From Paramecium tetraurelia (Eukaryota), in assembly GCA_000165425.1 (NCBI GenBank), contig CT868029.1, positions 62,001 to 126,000 of the forward strand: 64,000 bases of DNA. The letters run 5' to 3'. Shown here one piece after another: positions 13,104-27,036 of the stretch (the first letter of the stretch is position 1; each line of letters starts with the position of its first letter). The notes under the pieces were generated by a model. The model saw only the letters and a program-made list of their open reading frames with translations. It did not search any database and was not told the origin of the DNA. The position numbers and the translations under genes were made by a program.

Positions 13104-14282
13104 ATGGATATGCATCCTATCATTTCGACATCAAAATAAAAAGCAATAAAGTACTAAATAATTTTCATAACTTGAGTTGCTGTAGTTGGAGACAAAGGAG
13201 TTGGTAAACATTAATTGATTGAAAAAATGCTGGAGGTTGAAACTAAGGTTAATGACAGAGATATTGCGTCAATTGATTTTTTTATATCCTATATATGGAT
13301 AGGGGATTGCTAATATTAAACAATCCATTACTGGGTTGTCTCCTTAGATTCAAATGAATAATAGTATGTTTATATTAATAAGGAAGACGGAAATCTATGC
13401 CATTTATACCTCAGAGTGATATTTATGTTATCATGTTCAGCTTGGACTAAAACACAAGTTTGTAGAATGCTTTGCATGTTTGGTTTCAACTAAGTTCCTA
13501 GAAACAAAGTGCTTAATATATATTCTTGGGATCGGAGAGCGGTAAATTAAGACAGTGTGGTTCTTACAATGAGATCATCAAATTCATTAGGAATAAGATG
13601 ATCAAATCGTCTCCAAACTTAGAGGAGACTTAAAATGAATAGTCCCTAAAAGAAATAAGGAAAACTATTGCGTGCGTTGATGATTTCATCGATGAATCAC
13701 TTCCAGAAAATGTTCATTATTTAGAAATTAAGGATTATTAAAACTAAGCTTTCAAAAGGGTTCTTATTAATTCCATTTAGAATGTGATAAGTAATGATCG
13801 ATAAACATTATATTCAATCAGTGCTCCCATATCTCCAAATATGATGCCTTAATTGCGTAAGCCTGTATCTGAGTTTCTGCAGACAACAGAGTATATTGAG
13901 AGGCAAGAGCATCTAAAGAGTGTGAAGGAGAAGAGACAATCAGAAATAGTTGAAACTATATAAGTAAGCTATTCTTTACATATTTAACCTATTTAAACAA
14001 CGAATAATCCTGGTTTCTTAACTTTAGAATAGAGCAGCTATTCTTAATAAGTTGAAAAAGAAACTGGGTTTTGTTGTTAGTTAATATGATGTAACAAATG
14101 AACTGAATGATTATACAATATGTTTTAATGTAACAAATTATAAAAAAATTAATAATGTAGTGCAATCGTATTAAGTTTTTTTCATAATCAAAGCAATGTA
14201 GGATTAAGTATTTCAAATATGATAATTTTAATTAGAAATCAGAGATTCAGTAAAACAGACTAATAGCACAACTAAGGTGTGA
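13104..14282 (+). CDS. atypical Ras/Rab-like P-loop protein with C-terminal extension
   Basis: After a 26-nt intron the frame reads IAVVGDKGVGKHQLIEKML (G1 motif). G3 (DxxG) and G4 (NKxD) are not recognisable. Several introns; TGA at 14280. Confidence 0.6.
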
Positions 14283-15064
14283 CATGTCAAAGAAAGTGAA
14301 TCAAAACAGTAGATTTTATTTTACTTATTATTTTATTTATAATTAAGAATAGAAAATATTTTTGTGAAATAAAACTGGAGAAATCAAAATATGTATAATA
14401 TATAATCTAATCATCTATCAATGCCTTTTTAAAAAACAATAATTTCTATGTACTCGCGTTTTCACTTCATAAATCAGCTGTGATAACCTAAGAATTTATA
14501 GGAAATAAATTACTACTATTAGTTTATCTTGCTTAAGAATTAAAGTCAGAATCCAATGTAGGAAATACCATTCTGAAAAATCAAAGCATTATACAGGATG
14601 ATGAGCTAAAGGACTGATGAAAATATTATTGAGTTTACTAAATTAATTGAGAATTTTAATAAATATTGATAGTTACTATTAAATCAGAGTTTTTATGTTA
14701 TGGGAATACAACCTATCATATATAGTTACTCCTAGAACAGCTCCAAAGTTAATTATGACATAGATTCAAGTGCCATTCCCATTTGTTCTACCAACATTAT
14801 CTACAAGTTAATCAATATAGAAATCAATTTATATTTTGAATAAAATTCATCTATGGCTGATATTAAAAGGAATATAATTTAAGTATTATGATTTAATCAA
14901 ATAGATATAAATAGAGATTATAAGCGATCTATTTGTATTCAGGATTTAAGAAATTTTAGGAGTATGCTAAAAATTCTATATATATATATAAATAATATAA
15001 TGTATCATCTTGAAAACTAAAATTTTAATTAAATTAAAATATTATTATTATTAGATAAATTTAT

Positions 15065-15856
15065 ATGGATTCAATTGATGACCTCACTTGCAAATTAGGA
15101 TCAGTGACTTCTGATTAATAAACTAATGACACATTGAGTCCTATTAGCCTTAGAAAAAGTGATATATTGAGTGATTTAAAAAAATCCATTGAGCAAAATA
15201 CTAGGTCTCTCTTTGCCTTGAAAGACTAAATTTATCATTTCTATGAAACAATGAGAAACATGACAATCAAGGAAAATTCTAGCTATTAAATAGCTTCACT
15301 AATATTTTTAAGTGAATACTAAGACAACTCTTCTTAAAAAATAGAGAATGTTAAATAAATACTATAAGAGTGTACTAATTTAAATCTAAAAACTTACTTT
15401 ATAATACTAAAAAATGACGACCGCAAACCAAATAACAAAGAACTTAGACAGTTGGTTAACTAATTTCCGTGTAGTTTAAGCATAATAGATACTTAAAGTC
15501 AAGATTTAAAGTAAGAATTATAAACGATTACAAAAGAACTAAGAATAGGATCTTTTGATACTAGATTGTTTGTTCATATTTCGACAAACAAGTCTATGAA
15601 AATCTACTTTAATGATCTAATAAATTCTTTGTAAACCTTTGAGAAGGGACTTGGTTAGAATGATAAAATATATTGGTCTTCTTGTTAAACAAATGAAAGG
15701 TTTACTACAATTGAAATATAAGATGAACCACAGGATGAGAAGAGAATCGAAAGAAGAAACAAACGAAAATTCATTCTATATGGATTCATCTTATTAGTAG
15801 TTCTCACAATAATTTGCTATTTATTATATGTTGTGATTATAACATTTAAGTAATGA
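15065..15856 (+). CDS. tail-anchored membrane protein (263 aa, intronless)
   Basis: 792-nt open frame. Helical body, then RRNKRK followed by FILYGFILLVVLTIICYLLYVVIITF at the C-terminus. Confidence 0.8.
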
Positions 15857-15895
15857 TGTGTACTATTTTAAATAATAAATATTATATAATATGTA

Positions 15896-17767
15896 TCAAT
15901 GAAACTCTGAATACTCCTGTTATCTGGGAGTCCAAGGATTGTCAAACAACGATTTGTGAGTATAGTATTAGTAAGCGACCAAAATAATTAGAAGTACAAT
16001 AAAGACGATACTGGCATAAAAGGCTGCAATAACAAAGGAATAAGTGTTGTTGTAGGTATTTTTGGAGAAATCATTCACTTGAGAAATAGCCTAAGTATGA
16101 TAATATGATAAGGATACCAATTTCAAGCCTTCGTCAGGGAAACAGTTTTTTTCAAGATATTTAGAGAATTATACATTATGTTCTTTAAGACCATTCTAAA
16201 TAGGATTGTAAAAATTACATTTCCATCCACTTCATTTAAATAGACAGCTCCTAATCCAATGCATAAAATGGCGATGATCAATGCAATGCCACATAAGAAT
16301 TTGGGTTAATGGAAATCTGTCATATCAATCCATTAGAAAATCTAAAATAATTCAAATTAGCCATACTCTGTTTTTCATCAAATACAAAATGGGGACTAGG
16401 AAAAGAACAATTCCTGCACTTATAATAATAATTAAAGACATGGCTCTTTCTGATTTATAGACTCTTTGTCCACTCTTAGAGATTTGGTCGATATCTTTAG
16501 GCGATAGCTTCTAACAAACTTCATTGGTATTGATTTGAATTTTCTTGATGGCTTCTAATGCATACGTATCTGAGTTGTCTTCGTAATTTTGATAGAAAGG
16601 CAATTGTGATAGTACATCAGTCAGGCCATTTTGTTAATAAGTTTGATGAGCAGAGAAAGTATTCAAGGTGACTCTATGTGATTGCAAATCTTTATAATTA
16701 TCACATCCAATTTCAGGTCTTTTGGCTAGAGGGTAATATTTAGCTGATTAGAATTTTGGATTCAAATTGTGATTGTAACATGGAGATGAATCAGTTTCTC
16801 CAATTCCTGGTACAACTTCAAGACTTACAATTGGAGAGGAGTTCTCAAATTGTTTAATGTAATTATCTGTTCCAATTTTAATTGCATTTCTATCATTCTG
16901 TCTTGAGTTGTCTTTGAGTAACCCTGAGAGTGGACAGTTTTTGGATTATGGAACACAAACATTCCCACACTATTTGTAAGATGTCTCACAAGCGGCACCT
17001 TCCAATGTTTTCCACTCGGCATATAATTTAGTACAATATTATTTTTATTGCCATGTTGTAAATATTTCAGGATCGTGAGATTTCACTCGTTTACAATTGG
17101 ATTTATAGAAACAAGTGAGAGAATGACTAATGTTTCCATTCTCACATATGCATCCAGATGAAACTCCATCCCATTAACCCAGATGAGTTCGTCCATAACC
17201 ATCTGGACATTCCACTGCATCATGTGTGAAGTAGGATATCATGTTGAGAGTTGATGCAGATGCAGAGGAGGAGGTGGTTGCAACAACTATGTCTTCTATT
17301 GGGGCCAATTGCATGTTATTTTTCAAAGTTTCGAGGGTGTTGTGTGCACCTTCTGGATTGAAGTGTTTCACTTTGGAAGCAAAGAGCAATGCCATAATGA
17401 GTAGAATTATAATTAAGAATGCTATTGGTAATATGTAGAGTAACCAATCTATCAACTACAAATTCAAATTTAACGATTACATATGAATATTTCTTAGGTT
17501 TAGCTAAAGTTATAGTTTTGTTTGGCATCGGCTATTGCACAATTATCTGCTCCCTATGTGGTTCAGGTTACACCTACACTAAAAGAATAGAGTATAGAGC
17601 TACTTTAATATTCTGTTTCGATTGGTGGTTAGGGTTGATATACGGGGTTGGCTAAGAATAAATATCAGCAAGATACTGGGTGTGTTGGTAGTGTATCCGA
17701 AGGGCAGGGGGGCTACTTGCTGCTGTGGGTTTATGTACATAGATTGGGCGTAGGAATTGGTTAACAT
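15896..17767 (-). CDS. multi-pass membrane protein with Cys-rich ectodomain
   Basis: Pro/Gln-rich N-terminus (MLTNSYAQSMYINPQQQ), TM WLLYILPIAFLIIILLIMALLFA, CPDGYG/CICENG Cys-rich loop, further TMs, and ...PDNRSIQSFH-TGA. Confidence 0.8.
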
Positions 17768-17865
17768 TGATTAATCAATATAAAATCAATAAAATTAAGA
17801 TTAAAGGGGAGTATTGTAAGATATTGTGATTAAAATTATATTTATGTTATGCTCTTTAATACTGC

Positions 17866-19848
17866 TCAGAATTGATAATCTGGAGTAGTGTTGGCCTTTC
17901 TAAAAGCTGGTTTACCGCATTCCAATAATGCTATTTATTAATTTCAATGGGTACCATCCTTGAATTGCATACATTTTGATTCATCCTTAGTTCTCACAAC
18001 ACACTAATCATATTTGGATTACTTTTTACTTCTTTAAATGCAGCTAGCTCTCCTGGGCATTCTTACTTCAAAATAATTGTTCTTGGGGCATTTTCATCTT
18101 CTCTTGGGAAACTATTCGATGAAATAGGATGAGTATATTACAAAATGACTTTGCTTTCCATTTGAGTTGATCTCTTTTTGGCAGTGGAGAAATTGTAGGA
18201 TCGTGATTCCATTTTAATTAAATATCTAAGATTTAAATTAATCTAAGTAACACACATATAAATATTTTGTTCCATCACTATTTCCTGCTCCTAACTGATT
18301 TGACTGCCAAATTAAGTGCTACCTTGTAAAGTTGAGAATCGAAAGTGTTGGTCTACTTCATGGATTTTCCAATAGTCTTAGCCGTATTAGATTTCTGATG
18401 ATGCATTTGCTGAGAAGACGATTATCCACTGCTCTATTTAAGCATCGTTGATTGCTATGAATTAGTCACTTATCTCGCAGAATGAGTTTATTAATAATAT
18501 ACAAGTTTTTGCTCTCCACTCGTATTAATTTATAATGGTTTATCATTCGATTTTGATTTTGTATTTATCTTCCTACTCACTTCCCTATTAGACAGAGGTT
18601 CTTGAATTTTAACTCTCCTAAACTAATTCAATTCTTTGATGTTTAATTTCTTCCTAGATGACTGTCCCTTGAGACGATTTGTAATTTCGTATCTCTAAGT
18701 AAGACTGCGAGGATCTTACGCAAGAGACAGACTGTCAAAATGCACAGTGCAACACTGTTTCGAATCTCTGATTAGTTTTTTGGCTAAAAGAGTTTGCAAA
18801 TCAGACATGACTTTTAATTCTAATTATTACACTTTTTTTGGAAGATGGGGACTTTATTAAGGAGCTCTTGGAGTAGTGCATTTGGGTGATTTGAGAAGAG
18901 TAGCAATTCTTTATTGATTTGGTAATAATGTATGATTGCTTGGACATTTATATTCTACTTCTCGAGGAGTCTAAATTAATAAAACTGAACAGATTACAAT
19001 ATGCAACTAATCAGATTTTTAAGATTGATTTTTCTTTTTTGCAACTCCTTTTGGAATAGATGTCTTGAGCATATTAAGTATACTTGTTATACTTGATTTG
19101 CGATGCTATCTCATTGGTTTCTTTTGTAAATTCTACTATTCTTTATAAGGAGGCTTGTAGTTTTCATATTTGAAGTTGGGATTGGTAGATTGCATAAGTT
19201 TATATTGCTGCAGCTATTACTTGAAGTTCACAAATTGCGGTTTAGGCTCGATGATGCTGATACCTTCAAGGATCTTCTCACATTTAGACATCGGCTAAGT
19301 TCAGGGTGTTCTGTCTTACTTCGTCAGAGGAGCTCGGATCTTGAGCAGTCATCTACTGGCTGGATTACGGCATTGGCGAATCTCCCACTATCCCTTTCGG
19401 AGGTTTGTCTGGATTGTTCTTGTTCTCCTGAGCTATCAACTTGGCAATGCGAAAGTACTCCAATCTCCTCTTCTTGTCGTGGTAGTAGTTCAACGGAATT
19501 ATGGCTGGAAGCATGAATAACCGAGGGATATCATTATGGAACTAGCCAATCACAATGAAACAGTACCTTGTAGTACTCACCCAACATTTGCAGTTTTTCA
19601 TACATTGCGTCACATTTATATATTTTACACAGTAATTCCTCAGGTGAGTCATACGTGATCACATCCTTGTAAAGTATATTGTTTGCTGTACGGTAATTGT
19701 GTAGAATCTCCGTAATGCCCTTCGTGTAATGGTAATTCTATGATTGCGAGTATTTCAAGAACAAAGAATGACGCATGATATCTGCCTCTATTACACATGC
19801 ATTATTACCAATTAAAGGGGTACTCTCTTCACAAAAATCGCATTTCAT
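17866..19848 (-). CDS. ciliate-family protein with KYSQSQNY...YYKFHNDIPRLFM domain and low-complexity tail
   Basis: MKCDFCEES...KYSQSQNYHYTK...LGEYYK/FHNDIPRLFMLP...YHDKKRRLEY, then a long Q/S-rich region ending at TGA 17866. Confidence 0.75.
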
Positions 19849-19921
19849 TTTGAATTTGTTATATATTTATAAAATAATATAATAATAAAATTCAAACAAC
19901 ACTATTCCTCACAAATTTTTA

Positions 19922-21696
19922 ATGGACAGGACCCTGCAAAACATCATCAGGTACACTCAAAAATATGTTGATCCCTATCAAAATTGTCAATTTGATCGAT
20001 ATACCTTTAACTACAGCAGAGATCTTCTTGGTGAGGGATCTTTCGGTAGGTTATAATTCTTAAGACCATTAGTGTCTATCGAGGAACCTAAGGGAATTCC
20101 TATGTAGCCATCAAGATTCTCAATCTCAAACTTTACAACAATCCAGCCTATAGACAAGCACTCAAAAATGAAATCGTCCTCATGATGGAACTCCAAAATC
20201 CCAATGTTGTCAGAATTTTAGATGTAAAAGCTGATCACTAATTATAGGCATTATGCGATAAACAAGACAATGAACTGTTTTTAATTATTGAATATTGCGA
20301 AGGAGGTGATCTACGTCGCCTTTTGTCTCATCAACCAAACTAAAGATTTCAAGAGTCTGCAGCTGTTGCTATCATCTCTCAAACCATTTAAGGATTAACC
20401 GAATTATTGCATAAAAATTATATGCATCGTGATATCAAAGTATCATTTCAACATAAATTCAGCCTGATAATATTCTACTTAAGTAAAATACCTATAAAGT
20501 TGCTGACTTTGGCTTAGCTGCAAAAATACCTCCTAAATAGGTCTTAAGATGTACTACTTTCATTTATGCTTACTCTAGCCCAGGTTGGCACTCCTTTGTA
20601 CATGTCACCACAAGTTTTAGAATACAAAGAGTACACAAATAAATGCGACATTTGGTCCTTGGGATTAGTCTTGTATGAACTCCTCTTTGGGAGAACTCCC
20701 TGGTTGTGTAGGAGTTTTGATACTTATTTAATTGAAATCAAAACTAAGCCCTTATAATTCCCTTATGAAATTTAGGTTTCACCTCAAATCAAGGATTTCA
20801 TCAAAAGATGCTTAAGGATTGAAGAATCTCATAGGATGAGTTGGTCTGAATTATTAAAGCATCCCTTGTTATAAAATTAAGGGAGATTGAAAAGATAAGC
20901 TACTTAAGAAAGATTGGATTTTACAATTTTAGAAAGAGAATATTTATACAACATATAATTCGTATGCTCTGAGCATAATATCTAAGCGAAGGACTTGATG
21001 AAATAATGTGCCAAGACTCATATTAATTAATAGGAATTTTAGAATATGTTGAGGAAGATTATGAATTCTGAGAACGAAGAGGTTGGTAGGAAGTTATTTG
21101 AAAAATTTGATTATTCAAAGGACGGTTTGATTAGTGCATAAGAATTTGAATATTTATTCAGTGAATACGATTTTGCACCTCTAAAGTCCATAGCCGTTTA
21201 AATCATATACGAATTGTAGGCCATTATCAAAATATATAAAATACCTTTGCGATAACTATTCGAACAGTTGGATTAGGATAAAAATGGGTACCTTGATGTA
21301 AAGGAGTTCGAATTCCTTATTAAGAAGATTGCTCCAAAATTATCCTAGGAAAACATTGTAGAGATATTCAAAAATTATGATCAAGATAATGATGGTAAAA
21401 TTAGGTTGGAGATAGAATTACAATTTGTTCTCTAAAGTAAGAATTACCAAAAATTAAAAATCATTTTGAATAGAATTCGTGAAACACTGATGAAAAAGTC
21501 AGTGTCTGTAAGTACATTGTTTTCTTAGGTGGACAAGGAAAGGAAGGGATACATCAATTTCAAGGATTTCGAGTATTTACTAAGCAAATTAGATAAATTG
21601 AACAAATGTGATATTTGGGACCTTTTTAATTTGTTTGATGAGGATGGAAATGGATAAATATCTTTAAAAGAGTTTATGGCTTTGTTAAATTTATGA
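19922..21696 (+). CDS. Ser/Thr protein kinase with C-terminal EF-hands
   Basis: LGEGSFG, VAIK, HRDIKPDNILL, VADFG, VGTPLYMSPQ and DIWSLG. EF loops DYSKDGLIS, DQDKNGYLD, DQDNDGKIR, DKERKGYIN and DEDGNGQIS. Confidence 0.92.
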
Positions 21697-21798
21697 TTTA
21701 GGATAATGATTGTATTTATATATATAGTGTAATTGAAACTAAATTTTGATTAAAATAATAAGTTTTGTGAAGTTCACTAAATTTAACTAATTTAATTA

Positions 21799-23335
21799 AT
21801 GAAATACTACTATGCTTTCTTTATAGTTTTGGTTTTTGTATACTTCAAAAGGGAAGATATACAAAAGCTTTCACACATAGATCATATAGAGGATACAGCA
21901 GAAAAGAATAAACAATTGGCAGAATTTATTAATGGTAGATAGATCCATGATTTGATTCTCTTCTATGCAGTGAAAATGATTGACTCTAATCTTTAAGCAG
22001 CTTATAATACATTGGAGGAAACAGTGTCCTCACTTTAAAAATTATCAGTCTTGCTTTTTAATAGGATTACAAGGGAATCTAGAGTTTAAGTGAAAAGTAT
22101 TCCATCTCAAATAAACTTTGCCAATTATTTTGGTGGGGCCACCATTCTTACAAAAAGCAAATAATTAGTCGGTGTAGACAATATTTTGGTGGATAATCAA
22201 GAAACGTACATTGTTCTAATTTGAATTTAGTTATATGATTACAGAGTGCAATCAATAAAAACTGTACATTATAATTTGTTTAAAAGAAGAGATCCAATTG
22301 GAATCAATCTACTTTATTAATAAAGAGTTTTATTCCTCGACAATGAAAAATTTCAGGGTATCATTTTAGAATAACTATTTTTTAAGGTTTTTGGGAGTGT
22401 TGTGTATCCTACTGAATCGTGGGATTTTTTGTAAGCATTCGAATCAGAGGATATAAATGAATGGTAAAACTTTGAATTTGAATCTCATTTCCTCAGATAT
22501 TTGAAAATTGAGATCATTGACTTCCATCAAGCAGAATATCATTGCACATTAACATAAATAAGGTTTAAGAATTATAAATGTTTTAGAGTTTTTGGATAAA
22601 CAGTTATTGGAGATCTAATTCAATCTCACAAAAGATATAAGTTGTAATTGCCTAAAATAGAACCCATAAGAGAGGAAGTGAAAAAACCATAACGAATTAA
22701 AATGCCATGCAATGAGATAATAACTAATTATGCGAATTCTAATAATTCTACATGCAGTTATTTCAATTATTTATTTGATGTGCAATAGTCAAATATTGAT
22801 GAAATCAAGAGTCAAAATGAATTTTTAGATGTGATTCCTTTCGAGTCCAATTAATCCCTATTTAAAGTCACCGCTTAAAATATAGTTATACTATCTCATA
22901 ATCTTCAATTATTGAAGGAGTAATTATAATCAATTAATAATAATAAATTGAAGGAAATGTAAAATTAGAAATAAAATGATGACATCTAATAGTAATTGTT
23001 ATTCGAATTCTCTCAATAACAAAATATCAATATTAATCTTGAGAGATAGATCTATTAATTGAATGTGTTCACTCGATATTGTATAATAGGCATATTAATC
23101 CTATTTATTGGATTGTGCTCGGTTATCATAAAAATGTAATATCACTCTAGAAACATCAGACACCAGTAGATTGATGTTCAAAACTAGAAAGATATCCAAA
23201 GATATTACTACTCTGACTCCAATTTTGGTGAATGGGTATTCAACGAATAATGATGATTAATGTCATCACATAATTAAGAGCTAAAGCAATAACAACAATA
23301 ATAAAAACAAGAAAAAGAGCAATTTTGTTAATTGA
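21799..23335 (+). CDS. mid-SUN (Sad1/UNC-like; SLP1/SUCO-type) protein
   Basis: N-terminal hydrophobic segment. INFANYFGGATIL...NKEFYSSTMKNF...YPTESWDFL...RYLKIEI...HCTLTQIRVFG. Coiled coil and a TM near the C-terminus. Confidence 0.88.
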
Positions 23336-23388
23336 ATTATATTATTACTATTTTATTTAAAGAATTAATTTAATTCATAAAATAATTA

Positions 23389-24425
23389 ATGTTCCCTAGT
23401 AAATTGTATGATTTACAATTAACTCCATCTCTGAATAAGTTTAATTCTGATTTCGAAAGTGCTCGAATGATAGAGTCATTCAGACAACTATTAATTTAGG
23501 ACGATAAGGAAATACTCACATCAGCTATGGTATAGTGCTTAATCAAAAAGTTAGGATCTCATGAAAGCAATTTCATATTCACTTTACGGCACATGGTTTT
23601 ATTGGAAAGTATTGACTGAAATTTGTAAAGGCGATGATCTCAACATAATAAGTTAACAATTGGAGAGAAAAATCATTATTTATGATATTTGTGAAATTGA
23701 AGATTTGAAATGTCAAGTGATTAATTTTGGATACAAGAAACGCATATATTTGGCTCGATATTTAAATTACTTTTATGTGGTGGGCAAAAAGGGCACATCT
23801 GAAAAGCATAAACTTATCAAGGATATTTTAATGGATGTTATCAATGAAATTATAGGGTTACCTATCAGAAGACATAAAAGATCTTACTCAGATGCTTTTA
23901 AGTACTTCTCTGATCAAAAGGACAATCGAACCAATAAATTGAACATTAAAAATGTGCCATTATCACCCTCCAATATATCTCGCACCAGTTTACAAATGCA
24001 ATTGTTGGATGAAATAAATCAAGAGAGTGACTCTCTTCTTAAGGAATGCAACTCATTGATTAATTCCCCAAATCCTTAGAATGACCTTTTACAATCACTC
24101 AATTTAAATTTGCAAGAAGGTACTAACATATTGTCGAATGTAAATGTATTAATATCATGTGTAGATAAGATATTTTGGAACCTTAAAGTTTTATGACGAA
24201 GCAAGATCTTATGGCTTCATAATTATGGACATGGATGGAAGTGATTTGTTTGTTCATTGTGATGATCTCACTAAAGCAGGCATGACTAAGGATTTCTTAA
24301 GAACTGCCAAACATGGTAATATCATTAGGTTTTCATTTCTTATTCTTGAATACTTTGGAAAGTACAACAAAAGCAGAAAAGCAGTAGACTTATAGTTTAT
24401 TCAAGGACAACCTTATTTCATGTGA
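23389..24425 (+). CDS. protein with C-terminal cold-shock domain
   Basis: GTLKFYDEARSYGFIIMDMDGSDLFVHCDDL...FSFLILEYFGKYNKSRKAVDL, containing CSD RNP1/RNP2-like motifs. Confidence 0.88.
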
Positions 24426-24479
24426 TATTTCTATGTATATTTTACTAATATAAGTTAAATATAAACATATTGAAACATA

Positions 24480-25320
24480 CCATCATATTTCTGAGTTTTC
24501 TAACCTTTTGGCTAAATTCCATTCTTATATATAAATTAATAACAATCATACAGTTCAAAACAAAGTAGTAGATAGTAAATATAATTAAGATGATAAATAT
24601 TACCCTTCAAATGGGTCTAATATTCATGAATCACATATCCATTTTAATCTTCTCAGTAATGAGTCGAAAGGGAGCCAAAATACTATTTTTGAATAAAGCA
24701 TAAAGGCAAAAATCAGTTCCTTTAGTGTAGTACAATAATAAGATCAATAATAATCGTTTTAGCAGCCTAGAAAAAGGATGGTTGAATAAAATGAGAAACA
24801 TAATCCAAAAGACAATAATATTAATGCAAATACACTTCAAATGCACTCTCAAATCATTGCAGTCTTATGTAAATATCAATGAATCAGGTGTAACCATAAA
24901 TGAGTAACAATAAAAATAGCTATTGTATATATCTTAAGCATAGATTTTATTTATTCCTATTTGAATATATATCAATGAATGATAGGAGTAAAAGAGCAGA
25001 AATACATAAGGAATTACTAAGTCTCTCCTGATGAGTTTTGGCTAAATCAATTTTGACTTATAAATATGCGTTACCATTATCTACGAGAGCAATAAGAATG
25101 CTTCATTTTTTATTATAATAATTGAGGATGGAATAGATCTATCAAGCTTTTGATATGAGTCAACTTAATTTTACCTTTTCATCTTGAATATTATGATATT
25201 ATTGATATTCATTGCCATCATCTTCCTAAAGAAAGAATTCAGAAATATTGCAACATCAAAAGAGTGTAACTACTATATTTCTATATCCAAATAAATTAAA
25301 AAAATCTGCATCCTCAAGCG
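24480..25320 (-). pseudogene. possible decayed membrane-protein gene
   Basis: Hydrophobic coding-like fragments and intron-like pieces on the minus strand, with frame breaks and TGA codons. Confidence 0.3.
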
Positions 25321-25469
25321 AATATTACTATTAATAATTCAATTATTTGATAATAGCAACTTCATTATTAGATTAATTCATTAATTTATAAAAATGAAAT
25401 TACATTATTAATAACAATAAAAATATATACTTGTTATAAATTCTGTAAATTCAGATTAGTTTTCAGTTA

Positions 25470-27036
25470 TCACTCAATTATCAATCCCTATTCTGACTCA
25501 ATTGTTAATTTTATTGTATTTTCATCCAACTATTCCCACTTTTGATCTTCCTTATTTAAGATCTTGTTTATCTTTAAATTCAATACAATTTCTCTGTTCT
25601 ATCTTATATAAATAATTTTACTTCATTCGTATGATTTATCAAAAATGTAAAGTTCCCCCTTTTAATTTGCAACACAGAATCTACTTCATTGACTTCTGCA
25701 AAATCCTCATGCAACCACCCAAATTATTGTTCAAATTATACAAATTTATCATCTGCAATCTCTTATATCAATCCCTACAATTAATGAAATTATTACTGAA
25801 CCAATGACAAGAGCATTCAAGATTTAAGCTTAAGTATACATTCCAGTATTCTCAAAAAGTGTCTTAGGTTTGTATTATTTATGATGTAACTTAGATAGTC
25901 GAAAATCAAAACCCAAGCCTCCCTCTTTAATTGTTCTACAGAGAACTGGATAATCCAACTCTTAGATGATGCTAATGCCATAGGGTAACAAGTCGTGAAT
26001 CAGATCATTAGCAAGCATCAAGTATACTGTTGCGTCAATATCATCCTATATTTCTATATTAGTAAATTTAAATCCGTCTATTTGATATTCAGTGATCCAA
26101 AATGATATGTTTGACAACAATAATCTCAACACTTCCCATTTTCCATAATCCAACTGTTCTACTCCCTCTCTTAAGTATTGATATCCAGATCCATCCCAAT
26201 TATTCAAGTGTTTTCCTATCAAATCATGGTCAATCTCCATTATTACAGAAAAACCCTTTTGATGAAGAGTATCTATGTTTCTTTTCAAGTCGTCTGGTGT
26301 TATTTAATTTACATCCACTTGCATTAGTAATTATTGTGTAATCATTATTGTATTGTATCCATTCACTCCTTATAATTCTGTTGCCTTCTACTTGATGACC
26401 TTTAACCCTTTGCTTTGCTGCTTTTGTTGCAATTGTTATTATTGAAATTCGTACTTGTTGTCTGGATTCCAAAATATTGCTTACTCTCCCTTCTTTACAC
26501 TACTCCATACTGAAGCTCTTTCGAGTTAGTCACAGTACGTGATAAGAGTGCTTCCATGTTAGATTTAATGATTATCATCATCATCCTTTGGTATAAATAC
26601 TTCCCAATTTCCTCCATTGTCAGTAGTGCAGCCAAATTCATTCAATTTTAATTCTTTTGCATTTGGTGCCCATTCTCTATAAGTTATTCCTGTATCAGAT
26701 ACAATAAATCCATACTTTTAATACCTAAATTAACATCTTGGATTACCCTTTAGCAAACTCCTTAATTGATGATTCCACCTTGATTATTTGCTCCAAAACC
26801 TAAAAAAACCTCTCATTTCTATTTTGGATCACTTCTTTCAATTCTGGCTCTTCAATCACTGTGATTAATTGATCCACATTCTTTTCATACTTTTACATAA
26901 ATTCCTCATTCTCAAAAACCGATTGCTAGAATTGTTCACATAACTTCAATACTTGATAAAACAAAGAATTCTTCTTAGACAATTTTCGATTGGGAACCTT
27001 TCTTGAAAGAGCAGAGCCTTAATCAATATAATTCAT
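25470..27036 (-). CDS. 1,4-alpha-glucan branching enzyme-like protein (GH13), shortened and lacking catalytic motifs
   Basis: FAKGYQKYGF...ITYREWAPNAKE, FWNP, LDYGKWEVLRLLLSNISFWITEYQIDGFKF, DATVYLMLANDLIH and LCRTIKEGGLGFDFRL all match GBE1. Frame is intact after removing small introns. Confidence 0.88.

Noticed and set aside
15065..15856. Syntaxin/SNARE call for the tail-anchored protein
   Set aside because: The topology fits, but I could not identify a SNARE heptad with a zero-layer Q/R next to the TM.
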